From assembly GCF_003918875.1 (NCBI RefSeq), contig NW_025767261.1, positions 558,001 through 622,000 on the forward strand: a stretch of DNA of 64,000 nucleotides. The letters are read 5' to 3'. Under the pieces are notes generated by a model. The model was not told the origin of the DNA and ran no database searches. It was given only the letters and a program-made list of their open reading frames with translations. Position numbers and translations under genes: made by a program. The DNA comes from Haliotis rubra (lineage: Eukaryota). This document shows positions 1-12,899 of this stretch, in pieces (the first letter of the stretch is position 1; each line of letters starts with the position of its first letter).

Positions 1-1239
1 GAAGTCGGAATTATATTCAAAACTGGAATTACTTTCCGCGACAACCAGGAAAATAACCTACCCAGCATAAAATTACAGGCGAGATATTTCGCACGGAGGT
101 TTCGCTAGCGGTTACCATTAACCCTCGAAACAACGTGGTCACTCGGATAACCGAGGAAGCTACGGGGAAGACCGGCGTTTATGCTAATATCAACGGCGAC
201 AAGAATTTATTCAAGGTGGGTTTTTTCCGCTACACCGGTGACATCACAGCGGGTATTATACAGAATCAAAATGCCTTGTTCTGATTGGACCGGCGAGGGA
301 CAACGACCTACACAGAGGTCGATCTCTATTCACAGTTCAAGACTTACGTCACAAGTGACAACTATATATCAGTGAACGAGCAAGCCTCATTACAGTCCAG
401 TTAACCTGAACATTCATGATTAGACTGCCTTTCTTCAAGTTAGAGACCTCCCTGTCAAGTTAAGGCGAGGGATCGGCAGTCGAGGCGATTTTACATAAAA
501 GTTCAGCGAGGACAGACACACCTGGTTGTGCACCTACATCGTCCAAGGACTTCGCAGCGAATTACCTAGGCGAAGATACAAGTGGATCTAAATCCACAGC
601 GTTTCCAGACTACAGCTGAATTTCATCAAGCGACTAACACAACTAGATGGTTAGTAAACCTACTAAACTTCTGTTTGGAGAATAAGCGGAAATTTCACGC
701 CAAACCTGGGGATATGAATATAGGGCTCCAACACCTCACAAGTGAGGTTTATGAACACGCCTGGATGACATACTTGGACCCTATGATACGATGATTCTAT
801 CAAGATGGCCAGCAAAGAGCACTGTAAATTTATCTCCACCAAACCAAACAGGAGGAAAAATGCAACAGATTATTTCCTCTATCATCAACTTACGCAGAGT
901 GAAGTCTCATGTACTATATCTCCATTTGGATCAGAACTGTCATACTACGTGCATATCTTGTGGATGGACCTATTCCGACCCTCCATGAGCTTAATACTCA
1001 TGATATTATAGCGCTAACTTCTACAATTGTCCTACACAAATGTGATTGAAATAATGGAGGGTTTATTTCTGGAAATCCGATATGGTGGTTGCAAACCATT
1101 ATCTGAGAGATATCACCACCGAGGACGTCTCAGGTATACACCAATTCGATCCCATGGTCCTCGCACAACAGCTGACAGTTCCTCGGAGAAGATAAGTCAA
1201 TCTAACAGATTTTTACTTATCTTATAACAATACTAAATA

Positions 1240-3050
1240 GCTTCATGCTATATATAATTTACTTAAGTTCCTTTTATCATCACAGTACTATGATTATTAC
1301 ATCATACAATATATAAGTTAACAACTCTACAGAGTTTGTTATTATATATATTTACCTTAAGTTATTCATATCTTAAGAGTAATACTATGGTTACATGATA
1401 AATGCATTAGCTAACAAACTCTACAGAGTTTTTGGCTATTTTATACATAGCTTAAGTTAATTAAGCTAACAAACTCTCTGAGTTTTACTATTATATAGGT
1501 AACTTAAGCTAATTATACCTTAAGCATAGTACTATACTCATATTATTAAAATATATTGGCTAACAAACTCTAAGGAGTTTTGCTATTATATAGGTAGCTT
1601 AAGCTTATTCATATCTTAAGCTTAGTACTATGTTTATATCATATAAAGTAGATTAGCTAACAAACTCTAAAGAGTTTTTGCTATTTGGCTTAAGTATCAT
1701 CATATTTCTAAGCAATATGGTTATATTATAACATGTATTAGCTAACAAACTCTACAGAGTTTTAGCTATTATATATGTAACTTAAGCTTATTCATATCTT
1801 AAGCGCAGTACTATGTTTATATCATATAGGTATATTAGCTATCAAAACTCTAAAAGAGGGTTTTGCTATTATATATTTAAGCTTAAGTTTCATCATATTT
1901 TAAGCTTTATGGTTACATTATAACATGTATTAGCTAACAAACTCTAACGGAGTTCTTGCTATTATATATGTAGCTTAAGTTTTCCTTCATAAGCTCAATA
2001 CTAGGTTTATATCATAGCTAACAAACTCTAAAGGGTTGTTTTAGCTATTATACAATTAGCTTAAGTTTTCATCATATCTTAAGCAGTATGTTTACATTAT
2101 AAAGGTATTAGCTAACAAAACTTCGACGGAGTTTTGTTTATTATATATATATAGCTTAAGTTTCATCATAACTTAAGCTCAGTACTATGTTTTTAACATA
2201 AAAAGTATATTAGTTAATAAACTCTAAGGAGTTTATTTTGCTATATACATTTAGCTTAAGTCTAATCTTATCTTAAGCTTAGTACTATGGTTACACTATA
2301 AACATATTAGCTAATAAACTCTACAGAGTTTTTGGCTATTATATATGTAGCTTAAGTTAATAATATCTTAAGCACAATACTATACTCATATTGTAAAATA
2401 TATTAGCTAACAAACTCTCACGGAGTTCTGCTATTATATATGTAGCTTAAGTTCATTATATCTTAAGCACACTACTATACTCATATTGTAAAATATATTA
2501 GCTAACAAACTCTGGAGTTTTGCTATTATATATGTAGCTTAAGTTAATTATATCTTAAGCACACTACTATACTCATATTGTAAAATATATTAGCTAACAA
2601 AACCCTACAGAGTTTTGCTATATATATGTAGCTTAAGTTAATTATATCTTAAGCTCAGTACTATACTAATATTATAAATATATATTAGCTAACAAACTCT
2701 ACAGAGTTTGGCTATTATATATGTAGCTTAAGTTAGTTATAGCTTAAGCACAGTACTATACTCATATTATAAAAATATATTAGCTAACAAACTCTACAGA
2801 GTTTGGCTATTATATATGTAGCTTAAGTTAATTATAGCTTAAGCACAGTACTATACTCATATTATAAAAATATATTAGCTAACAAACTCTACAGAGTTTT
2901 TGCTATTATATAATTAGCTTAAGTTTAATCATATCTTAAGCTTAGTACTATGTTATATCTTAAAGTATTTTAGCTAACAAACTCTAAGGAGTTTATACTA
3001 GCATATTAACAAGCTTAAGTCTATTAGTCTTAAGCATTGTATTAATGTTA
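1240..3050. repeat. AT-rich ~95-bp satellite with internal palindromes
   Basis: Unit TAGCTAACAAACTCTACAGAGTTT...GCTTAAG...CTTAAGC..AGTACT; spacing 2686/2781/2876. Confidence 0.92.
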
Positions 3051-3621
3051 TATATACTTTATCATAATAAGTACATGGTAATAACCTTTTATATGGCAGC
3101 TGATAAGTTAGCAGCAGGAATTCATCAGTTCAGTGCCTTTATGAAGTTCCCATAGGGTTATTACAATCATCACAGTTCAAATCACTAATTATTAAAAATC
3201 CAAAGTATTAGATATTCCCACCTCCGTTCCGTAGGATGCTACAAGCAAAAGAGCATGAGTCAGGATAAGGAAAAATATGTAATTTTGGAGTAAAATTGAT
3301 ATTTTATACTTATCCTGACTCATGAGGTCAGCCTCCCATCCTCCCCAAATAGCACTTTGGATTTCCCTGTAAATTCAAATGTTGAATCAGTATATGAGGA
3401 GAGTGAGGCACATGGGTAGAGGGTGGCCCTCGTTCAGCTTGTGGAAAGGAGGTAACTTCGTGGTGAATACTAATTAGTGATTTTAAATTGAAGGGAGCTT
3501 CAATTAGGGGAGATACAAGTGTTCCACTATGTTAGCAAGAAGAAGAAGACAAGCAAAAGAGGCATGAGTCAGGATAAGTATAAAATATCAATTTTACTCC
3601 AAAATTACATTATTTGGACAG

Positions 3622-6600
3622 TCAAGCTGCTCGTGTACAAGAATGGAGAAGGCAGGATGAGGGCAGGCGAGAAGGTCTACGGATCCAGCATACAGGGGGT
3701 AGGTTGAGTCAGGTCAAGGGTCACAGCTTGGGGGATAGGTTGGGTCATAGATCACACAGCGTCCAGGGTCAGGTCAGGTCAGGGGTCACAGCTTGCAGGG
3801 GTAGTTAGGGTCTGAGGTCAGACAGCATACAGGTAAGGTCAAGGTCAGGCAGTGGAGGGAGATCTCACAACGTAGGTTCAGAGGTCACACACAGTATGGT
3901 GTAATGGTTGTAGGTCGCTCCACAGATTGAAGTGGATGTTTTACTCCCGTGATGCCTGTGTCCCCAGGTACTGAACCAGTGCACCCACCAGCTTGGGCTG
4001 AGCAAGCCAGCAACACGGCTCTACACAGAGGATGGAGTGCTCATCCTTGACATGGACGACCTGGTTGACTGGGCCGTGGAGAACTACAAGGCTGTCATGG
4101 CCGACCGTATTGAGAAGATTGTCATGATGGAGAACAGCGACAGTGAGCAGTGTGAGTATCATGTACTGAACTCTTACTTTACGTGTCAGAACACTTACTT
4201 TACATGTCAGAACTCTTACTTTACGTCTTCCCAATCAGTAGAACATTTACATTTTCACATTTGAAAGACAATAAAGCTTTCAGTTTATCTTGGTTATATC
4301 AAGGAACCAAATGAAACTGATACTAAGATATATCTTGGTTATATGAAGGAACCAAATGAAACTGATACTAAGATATATCATGCTACCAGTATCAGATGTG
4401 ATATGTTAAGTTATGTGCTCTGTAATACAAATGGTCCTTCAGATATATAGTCTAGTTGGTGAATCACAACATGTCATATGGGTTGTAGCAGTGAACCTGA
4501 TCCATGAGGGTGGAGACAACAGGATGGCACTCCAGGACCAGGCCTCCCAGGAGGTCCACTCCCAGCTCACTCGGGCCATGCACAACATGGAGCAGTTTGA
4601 TGAGGACGAGCGTGGTGGTGGAGATGTGGAGGAGAGAGGGGCAGGAGACGTTGCTGAGGAACACAGTGTTCGGGAGGAGAAGACAGGTAGGTTCAGGAGG
4701 GGATAGTGAGGTCATAGCTGTGGAGTGGGCTGGGAGGGATGTCAGGGAGGGGGTAGTGGGGGTGTAGCTGTGGAGTGGGCTGGGAGGGATGTCAGGGAGG
4801 GGATTACAGGTGGGGTTTTGTGGGGTGTTGAGGCAAGGAGACTGTGGAAATGTTAGTCAGAAGCTAGGCCAAGGGAATAATTGAGATAGGTGTTTAAGTG
4901 GCCAAGGTCAAGGGTTGGTTGGTATGACAAGATGCATCTGACGATATTTTAGAGCATTGAGACTTTCTGCCATGATGTAGTCATTCCCCTGTTGTGTCAC
5001 AGAACTGGACTCCCAGGAGAGGAGGGAAAAAGGAAGTTGGAGCCGAGGAAGAGGGAGGAGCTGCTCAGTGGGTTGGTTGGGTGCCACTGCCAGCTTGAGA
5101 CCATTCTCAGATACCCCATCGAGCTGTGGGTCTCCGGTGGCAAGAACTTCGTTCCTCCAGAAGTGGTTGAGTCTAAGGATATCAATCGTAGGAAGAAGCG
5201 AGCCTTCCGTGGACAAGTGTCTCTCGATCTGGACATAGAGAAACATGTGCTGCGTCAGATGAAAGGTGGGTGTATAAACGTCTGGACTATGAAAGGATGT
5301 GCCAATCTAAACTGTACCATAATATACCGTCTATCAGAGCATGTTGTCTCACAGGACTACAATCCTCTTTGTCATCACATGACAGTGAAACTCCCAGTAA
5401 CATACTCTCACCCGGCAGTTATTCCTTGCAACTCTGCCATGTTCACAAGCGTGGGTGAATGTTGACTGGTGGGTGAATGTTGACTGGTGGTGAATGTTGA
5501 CTGGTGGTGAATGTTGATTGGTGGTGAATGTTGACTGGTGGCGAATGTTGACTGATAGGTGAATGTTGATTGATGGTGAATGTTGACTGGTGGTGAATAT
5601 TGACTGATTGTGAATGTTGACTGATGGTGAATGTTGACTGATGGTGAATGTTGACTGGTGGTGAATGTTGACTGATGGGTGAATGTTGACTGGTGGTGAA
5701 TGTTGACTGATGAATGGTGAATGTTGAATGTTGACTGGTGAATGTTGACTGATGGTGAATGTTGACTGATGGGTGAATGTTGACTGGTGGTGGTGAATGT
5801 TGTTGACTGATGGTGAATGTTGACTGGTGGTGAATGTTGACTGATGGGTGAATGTTGACTGGTGGTGAATGTTGACTGATGGTGAATGTTGATTGATAGT
5901 GAATGTTGACTGATGGGTGAATGTTGACTGATGGTGAATGTTGACTGATAGTGAATGTTGACTGGTGGTGAATGTTGATTGATAGTGAATGTTGACTGAT
6001 GGTGAATGTTGACTGATGGGTGAATGTTGACTGATGGTGAATGTTGACTGGTGGTGAATGTTGACTGATGGTGAATGTTGATTGATAGTGAATGTTGACT
6101 GATGGTGAATGTTGACTGATAGTGAATGTTGACTGATGGTGAATGTTGACTGATGGTGAATGTTGACTGATGGTGAATGTTGACTGATGGTGAATGTTGA
6201 CTGGTGGTGAATGTTGATTGATGATGACTGTTGACTGGTGTCTGTCTGCAGGTCGTCGTATGGAGGAGTTGAACCCTGGGGAGTACAAGTCCACGCTCAG
6301 CACCTCCCAGCCTGTTGTCATCCAGGGACAATGGCAAGAGTTGACCCCCCAGGAGCAGGTTAAGCATGACACGGTCCACAAACTGGAGGTAGGTATACTT
6401 CCACTGACTATTATCTAATGATAATAATAATATCTTCAGCAATCTCACTGTTATCACCAGGTTACTTTTAGAAATTCAGGTCATCTTGTCATTTGTTATT
6501 TAACTAAATATAACTAATGTCCAGCTGGAATTATCTCTTAAGTGTATAGTAGCTGGAATGTTTAACAAAACGAAACTTTTTGATTAAGAATAATCTAAAC

Positions 6601-9600
6601 ACTTTTGCATGTTTGTGTTACAAGATATGGTTGTGTACAGTTGTTTTGTGAAGCTATGTGATGGCTAATGAACATAGAGATTTTTTCTGGGTTACATCTT
6701 CTTTTTATTCTTGAGTACAACGTTTCAGGGCTGTGTTGTTCTGGCCCCATCATCAGGTAAAAACTGAACAGTAACTGTTAACCTGCCTGTAACAAGTGTG
6801 TAATATGTAATAAAGATGTGACACTGTGTAATAAGTGAAGCTGTGTAACACTGTGTAATAAGTGTGACAGCTGTGTAATAAGTGAGCTGTGACACTGTGT
6901 AATAAGTGTGACACTGTGTCACAATGCTTATGATGTCACAATGCTATGATGCTGAATGACAGCAATACGTCCAGAGTTAACTGTGTACTGTTCAGTTTTT
7001 ACTGTGTAATGTGACACTGTGTAATGCGTAATCAAGCATCTGTGTAATAATGTGTGACTGTGTAATAAGTGTGACACTGTGTAATAAGTGTGACACTGTG
7101 TAATTGTGACGCTGTGTAATAAGACACTGTGATGCTGTGTAATAGAAGTGTGACACTGTGTAATAAGTGTGACACTGTGTAATAAGTGTGATGCTGTGTA
7201 ATAAGTGTGACACTGTGTAATAAATGTGACACTGTGTAATAAGTGTGACACTGTGTAATAAGTGTGACACTGTGTAATAAGTGTGATGCTGTGTAATAAG
7301 TGTGATGCTGTGTAATAAGTGTGACACTGTGTAATAAGTGTGATGCTGTGTAATAAGTGACACTGTGTAATAAGTGTGACACTGTGTAATAAGTGTGACA
7401 CTGTGTAATAAGTGTGACACTGTGTTACCTGCAGACCCACCTGGGAGAGATCAAGGCCAACCAGAGACTGGGACTGGCCAACGTCAACCTGAAGGGGAGA
7501 TTGTACCTCCAGCCCAACATGGTGAGACCAGCAGCAATGGCGGAGACATGATCCAGGCCGTTGACAGATATCATGTTTTACAAACTTTCTTCACTAAATC
7601 TTGGGGCAGGGTGAAAATGAAACTAAAATGTGAATGTCCAAGTGATCTCTTACAGTTACAATTACTTCCCTTTCCGTATAGACTTGATAATAACTTTAAG
7701 TAGAATTTGTAATAAGGTAATTATTATAAACTAACAAATGGTCAAGGCAGCAAATACTAGTATGTTTCATCAGGAAGGTCATTAGATGTAAACCAGTTGT
7801 GTAAAGATTCTGTACTCTGTGTAGAAACGAGTTCAAGTATTCCCAAACGGCGAGAGTCTGGAGCGGGCGGTGTACATCTGGGGGGAGACACTGGACCAAC
7901 TCCTGGAGGCGGCCACCAGCAAACTGACACTATGGAAGAAGGCCCAGATGTTCTTCACTTCCGATGGAAAGATGGTCAGTAGATTAACACTCCCTCTCGT
8001 CTGTAGATATATTTTCCATATACACCTCCTGTATATGTAGTGAGTGAGTGAGTTTAGCTTCACACAGCTCTTAGCAATATTCCATATACACCTCCTGTAT
8101 ATGTAGTGAGTGAGTGAGTTTAGCTTCACGCAGCTCTTAGCAATATTCCATATACACCTCCTGTATATGTAGTGAGTGAGTGAGTTTAGCTTCACGCGGC
8201 TCTTAGCAATATTCCATATACACCTCCTGTATATGTAGTGAGTGAGTGAGTGAGTTTAGCTTCACGCAGCTCTTAGCAATATTCCATATACACCTCCTGT
8301 ATATGTAGTGAGTGAGTGAGTTTAGCTTCACGCAGCTCTTAGCAATATTCCATATACACCTCCTGTATATGTAGTGAGTGAGTGAGTTTAGCTTCACGCA
8401 GCTCTTAGCAATATTCCATATACACCTCCTGTATATGTAGTGAGTGAGTGAGTGAGTTTAGCTTCACGCAGCTCTTAGCAATATTCCATATACACCTCCT
8501 GTATATGTAGTGAGTGAGTGAGTTTAGCTTCAAGCAGCTCTTAGCAATATTCCAGCAGTATCACGACAGGGGACATCAGAAATGGGCTTCATACTTTGAG
8601 CCAACTTGAGAAATTGAACCCAGGTCTTTGGTGTGATGAGTTAACACATTTACCACTAAGCAGATATTTGCTCCATATTACACACATGTTCTATGTTTAA
8701 ATGGTGATTGACAGAGGTTCTATGTTTAAAGGATATATTGACAGATTTGACATATGTTCTATGTTTAAAGGATATATTGACAGATGTGAAACATGTTCTA
8801 TGTTTAAATGGTATATTGACAGATGTGAAACATGTTCTATGTTTAAAGCATATATTGACATATGTCACACATGTTCTGTGTTTAAAGGATATATTGACAT
8901 ATGTCACACATGTTCTATGTTTAAAGGATATATTGACAGATGTCACACATGTTCTGTGTTTAAAGGATATATTGACAGATGTGAAACATGTTCTATGTTT
9001 AAAGCATATATTGACAGATGTCACACATGTTCTATGTTTAAAGGATATATTGACAGATGTGACACATGTTCTATGTTTAAAGGATATATTGACAGATGTC
9101 ACACATGTTCTATGTTTAAAGGATATATTGACAGATGTCACACATGTTCTATGTTTAAAGGATATATTGACAGATGTCACACATGTTCTATGTTTAAAGG
9201 ATATATTGACAGATGTCACACATGTTCTATGTTTAAAGGATATATTGACAGATGTCACACATGTTCTATGTTTAAAGCATATATTGACAGATGTCACACA
9301 TGTTCTATGTTTAAAGGATATATTGACAGATGTCACACATGTTCTATGTTTAAAGGATATATTGACAGATGTCACACATGTTCTATGTTTAAAGGATATA
9401 TTGACAGATGTGGCATATGTTCTATGTTTAAATGGTATATTGACAGATGTCACATATGTTCTATGTTTAAAGCATATATTGACAGATGTCGAACATGTTC
9501 TATGTTTAAAGGATATATTGACAGATGTCACACATGTTCTATGTTTAAAGGATATATTGACAGATGTCACACATGTTCTATGTTTAAAGCATATATTGAC

Positions 9601-10474
9601 AGATGTCACCAACGTTCTATGTTTAAAGGATATATTGACAGATGTGGCACATGTTCTGTGTTTAAAGGATATATTGACAGATGTCACACATGTTCTATGT
9701 TTAAAGGATATATTGACAGATGTGGCACATGTTCTGTGTTTAAAGGATATATTGACAGATGTCACACATGTTCTATGTTTAAAGGATATATTGACAGATG
9801 TGGCACATGTTCTATGTTTAAAGCATATATTGACAGATGTGGCACATGTTCTATGTTTAAAGGATATATTGACAGATGTGACACATGTTCTATGTTTAAA
9901 GGATATATTGACAGATGTCACACATGCTCTGTGTTTAGATTGAGACGTACGAGGACATCGAGCGGGACCAGTTGCTGTGCGCCTCCACAGGGAAGGCCTT
10001 CAAGAAGCCGAGAGTCCAGATGTTGGATGTTGAGGTGAAGGCCAGTTGGGGGCGAGCACACGGAGCGTATGGTCCATCTGCCACAGATGTCAGAGTTGAC
10101 GCTAAGGGGAATCCTAAAGTTGATGTAAGCTGCCATATTATTGTCAGTCTCATGTTTTCATTGAAATACATTAACAATGTAAAGTTGATTTTGAAGATAT
10201 TTTGATTTACTTGGGAGCTTCTGTTGTTTGTTGGCATGTATTACCTAGTGTGACTCTGACCAATGCTGAATTCAACCTCATGATATGTGTGCCTTTTGGT
10301 CCAGATGGCCTGGCAATATTGAAGCATCACTGTGAAAACCCTGAAAAGATCTGTATATAGTGAGTCATTTGGATCACTTTTATGTCAATTGCTTCCTCAC
10401 AGCTCTGTGTGGTTTATCTTCAGGTGGATCCGTTTGGTCCTCCAGAGTTGGCATTGCCCTTAGAAGCTCCCTAG
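3622..10474 (+). CDS. DCDC1: Doublecortin domain-containing protein 1 (DCDC1/DCDC5)-like, 3' portion (5' exons lie outside the window)
   Basis: Phase-consistent GT-AG exons: 3622-3698, 3968-4151, 4489-4686, 5017-5265, 6252-6388, 7435-7521, 7825-7974, 9939-10124, 10424-10474 (TAG). Two DCX-like domains: KLLVYKNGEG...VLNQCTHQLGLSKPATRLYTEDG and KRVQVFPNGESLERAVYIWGETLDQLLEAATSKL...FTSDGKMIETYEDIERDQLLCASTGKAF. The C-terminal EVKASWGRAHGAYGPSATDV resembles the vertebrate DCDC1 C-terminus as I recall it. Confidence 0.82.
5452..6240 (+). repeat. 17-bp minisatellite (GGTGAATGTTGACTGAT) ending at the DCDC1 acceptor 6251
   Basis: Direct inspection. Confidence 0.95.
6790..7425 (+). repeat. 19-bp minisatellite (GTGTAATAAGTGTGACACT) ending at the DCDC1 acceptor 7434
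   Basis: Direct inspection. Confidence 0.95.
8010..8555 (+). repeat. 66-70-bp minisatellite built from a SINE tail plus flank
   Basis: TCCATATACACCTCCTGTATATGTA(GTGA)nGTTTAGCTTCACGCAGCTCTTAGCAATAT, about 8 copies. Confidence 0.93.
8505..8660 (-). mobile_element. tRNA-derived SINE (same family); its tail seeded the adjacent 66-bp satellite
   Basis: GTGAGTGAGTTTAG...TTAGCAATATTCCAGCAGTATCACG...AAATGGGCTTCA...TTGAACCCAGGTCTT...ACCACTAAG. Confidence 0.78.
8680..9938 (+). repeat. 39-bp minisatellite whose last unit supplies the DCDC1 acceptor at 9938
   Basis: GACAGATGTCACACATGTTCTATGTTTAAAGGATATATT, about 32 copies; final unit ...CTCTGTGTTTAG|ATTGAG. Confidence 0.95.
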
Positions 10475-12629
10475 TAGGGCAGAACGTGGAACCAGGGACG
10501 GAGCAGGCACACCTCTGCAGCAGCAACAGCAACAACAGCACAGGTGTTTGTGAAGGCTGCTTCGTAGCTCATTAATTCCATGGAACAGCCAGAGGTGCTA
10601 CAGTCTATGCCAGATTGATGTGTATATTCTAGAATTCTACTAGGAGGCATAGCTTAAAAGATAAAGAGATACTTAGGTTGTAGAGATCTGTGTGGATTTG
10701 TTTTCACCTGCAATTGTTAAAATATGCAACTTTCTTCATTATATGCCCAAGTTTGATCTGTAGATAGTAGTTATTTAATACAAGGCTGATGACAGTGCTG
10801 TAGATAAGTTTCAGGATAGACATCAGATATCAGATAGTGGTGTGTTGGGGCCACACAAGCTGCAGTTGTCATATACTGTAGTCTCAGCTCAAGTGAGCAT
10901 TTCTTGCCACAAGAAACCTGATGGTAATATCCAGGTGAATGACCCCCTGTTTTGTTCCAGTAATATCCTAAGCACTGATGCCACAGCTTGGAAGCTAACC
11001 TTGGAGATAAGTTGTCCCATACTCCTCTTAGTTATTCTCTCAGTATGGTATGTACACCCATACCCAGTGACCAGCTTCTAAAGAATTATTTCCTCGCTTG
11101 GAGTTTCCTGCCCATGGCCTTGACCTGTAGTTCATCTGTCTCATGCTAGTGGAGTGGCTGGTAGACTGTTGTCAAGTTATATAGCCAGCGCTTTCTAGTC
11201 AATTGTACCCAGATTTGAATATATGATATAATATCACCTATGTAGTTATGTTATAACTGATGTTATATACCCATGGGTGGGAGACAGTTACATGTAACAT
11301 GTGCCTGGTATTTCATTGGTCAGCTGCTTAGTGATCTCTATAGAGGTTTTATGTATTTACTTGGATTTTGCAGAATCTTATGTGAGAAAGTATTTTTATT
11401 GAGTGTGGTAACAGCACTGCTGCCTTGATACTGGTTGTTGGTGATTGTTGCCATCTGTCTTGTAGCAGACTGGAACAAGACTGTGGTTTGTTGTGCCAGT
11501 ATATGAACAGTAAGTAGAGATGCTCTGTGGCAGAATGTGGTGTTACAAGCAGACTGGGCAGATACCATATAAACAGTGTACTTGCTTTATGGTGGCTGTG
11601 CTTCACTTGGCCTGTACACAGTGCATATCAACTTCACCCACTCTATTTCAATATCACAGGGTCCATTTTACCACCATGTTTAAGTACCAACAGGAAACAT
11701 TCTAGCTGGTACATGATATAACATATTTCATGATTATTTTGTATTTATATTGTCAGTGTTGTACATGTCCTACCATTCTTCATGTTTACCCGAGATCTGT
11801 GTGACAGAAATTGTTTTAATGGTCTGTCCAGTTCCGTCCGTGTTAAAGATTGTATTTATCTGTGATATGATTTTGTTTACTTTACACCTATAGGTTTATA
11901 TATTTATGAATTAACATTGATAGAATATACAAATCATCCACTTGTAGATCATCTACCCATACTAACACGTCTGTGATATGATCATCTGTACTGTACAGAT
12001 ATCTGGTTAGTGTGTACACTACATCTAGGGCTGTCTAACACACTTGCTGATTGTAACTGTTTAACATATACAAGACACGTTTTACCATTCTATAGAATAG
12101 CATTTTATTACTGTTTTTGCTGAGGTGTATTGTATTTTTATAGAAAAATATTGATTATATTCCAATTACTTGTAAACATTATTGTACAGAAGACGTTTTC
12201 AAAGGAGCTTGTTTCAAAAGATGAAGAACTTGCTAGAATAAAATTGATTCTAAATATCATCATGTCTATTGTTACTGATTTATTGCCTGTGAGAAATGTG
12301 TGAAAGGTTGAGTGGAAGAGTGGTGAAAGCATAACAAAACACAGATTTTGAGGAAAGGACAGGCCTCACAGTGTCCTGAGATGAAGACATTAGATGGGCA
12401 GGATCTGCTGGTCGGTCGTTTTAGTACTGGTTTGGACTGCTTTATGAAACGATGCAATTCTTTGTCCAGAGATTTGTTCGTTTCTTTCAGACATCTATGT
12501 TCCTTGGTTGTATCTGCGACATTCATCAAATACAAGAACTGCATAACAGTAGACTCTGGGAAACAGCTGAGACAGTTTTCTGTGTAGCTGAAACATTGTT
12601 TATAGTAGTGTTAGACCAGGTAGGTTCGT

Positions 12630-12712
12630 TCACTCACTCACTCACTCACTCACTCACTCACTCACTCACTCAACAAACTCACTCACTCACTCACTCAACA
12701 AACTCACAACAA
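12630..12712. repeat. (TCAC)n microsatellite, probably an orphan SINE tail
   Basis: Direct inspection. Confidence 0.8.
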
Positions 12713-12899
12713 ACTCAAGAACCAGCTATGATCCAATAGTCCAATATCGATGTTTTTGAAACCTCTGAAGATGTCCACCTCAGTTAATTTCACAAATCGC
12801 TCCTGTAACCTCAAGTCAAGGAAGAGCCTGGACCATTGAGTTAACATATTCATAACAGGATATTGGAATTAGCCGCCTATAAATGAGGACCCGACACTT

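Noticed and set aside
5408-7440. His/Gln/Thr-rich ORFs
   Set aside because: Antisense translations of the 17- and 19-bp minisatellites.
8656-10038. 411-445-aa Cys/His-rich repeat ORFs (look like zinc-finger or heme CxxC repeats)
   Set aside because: 39-bp satellite open on both strands. The + strand ORFs are not in the frame of the DCDC1 exon at 9939.
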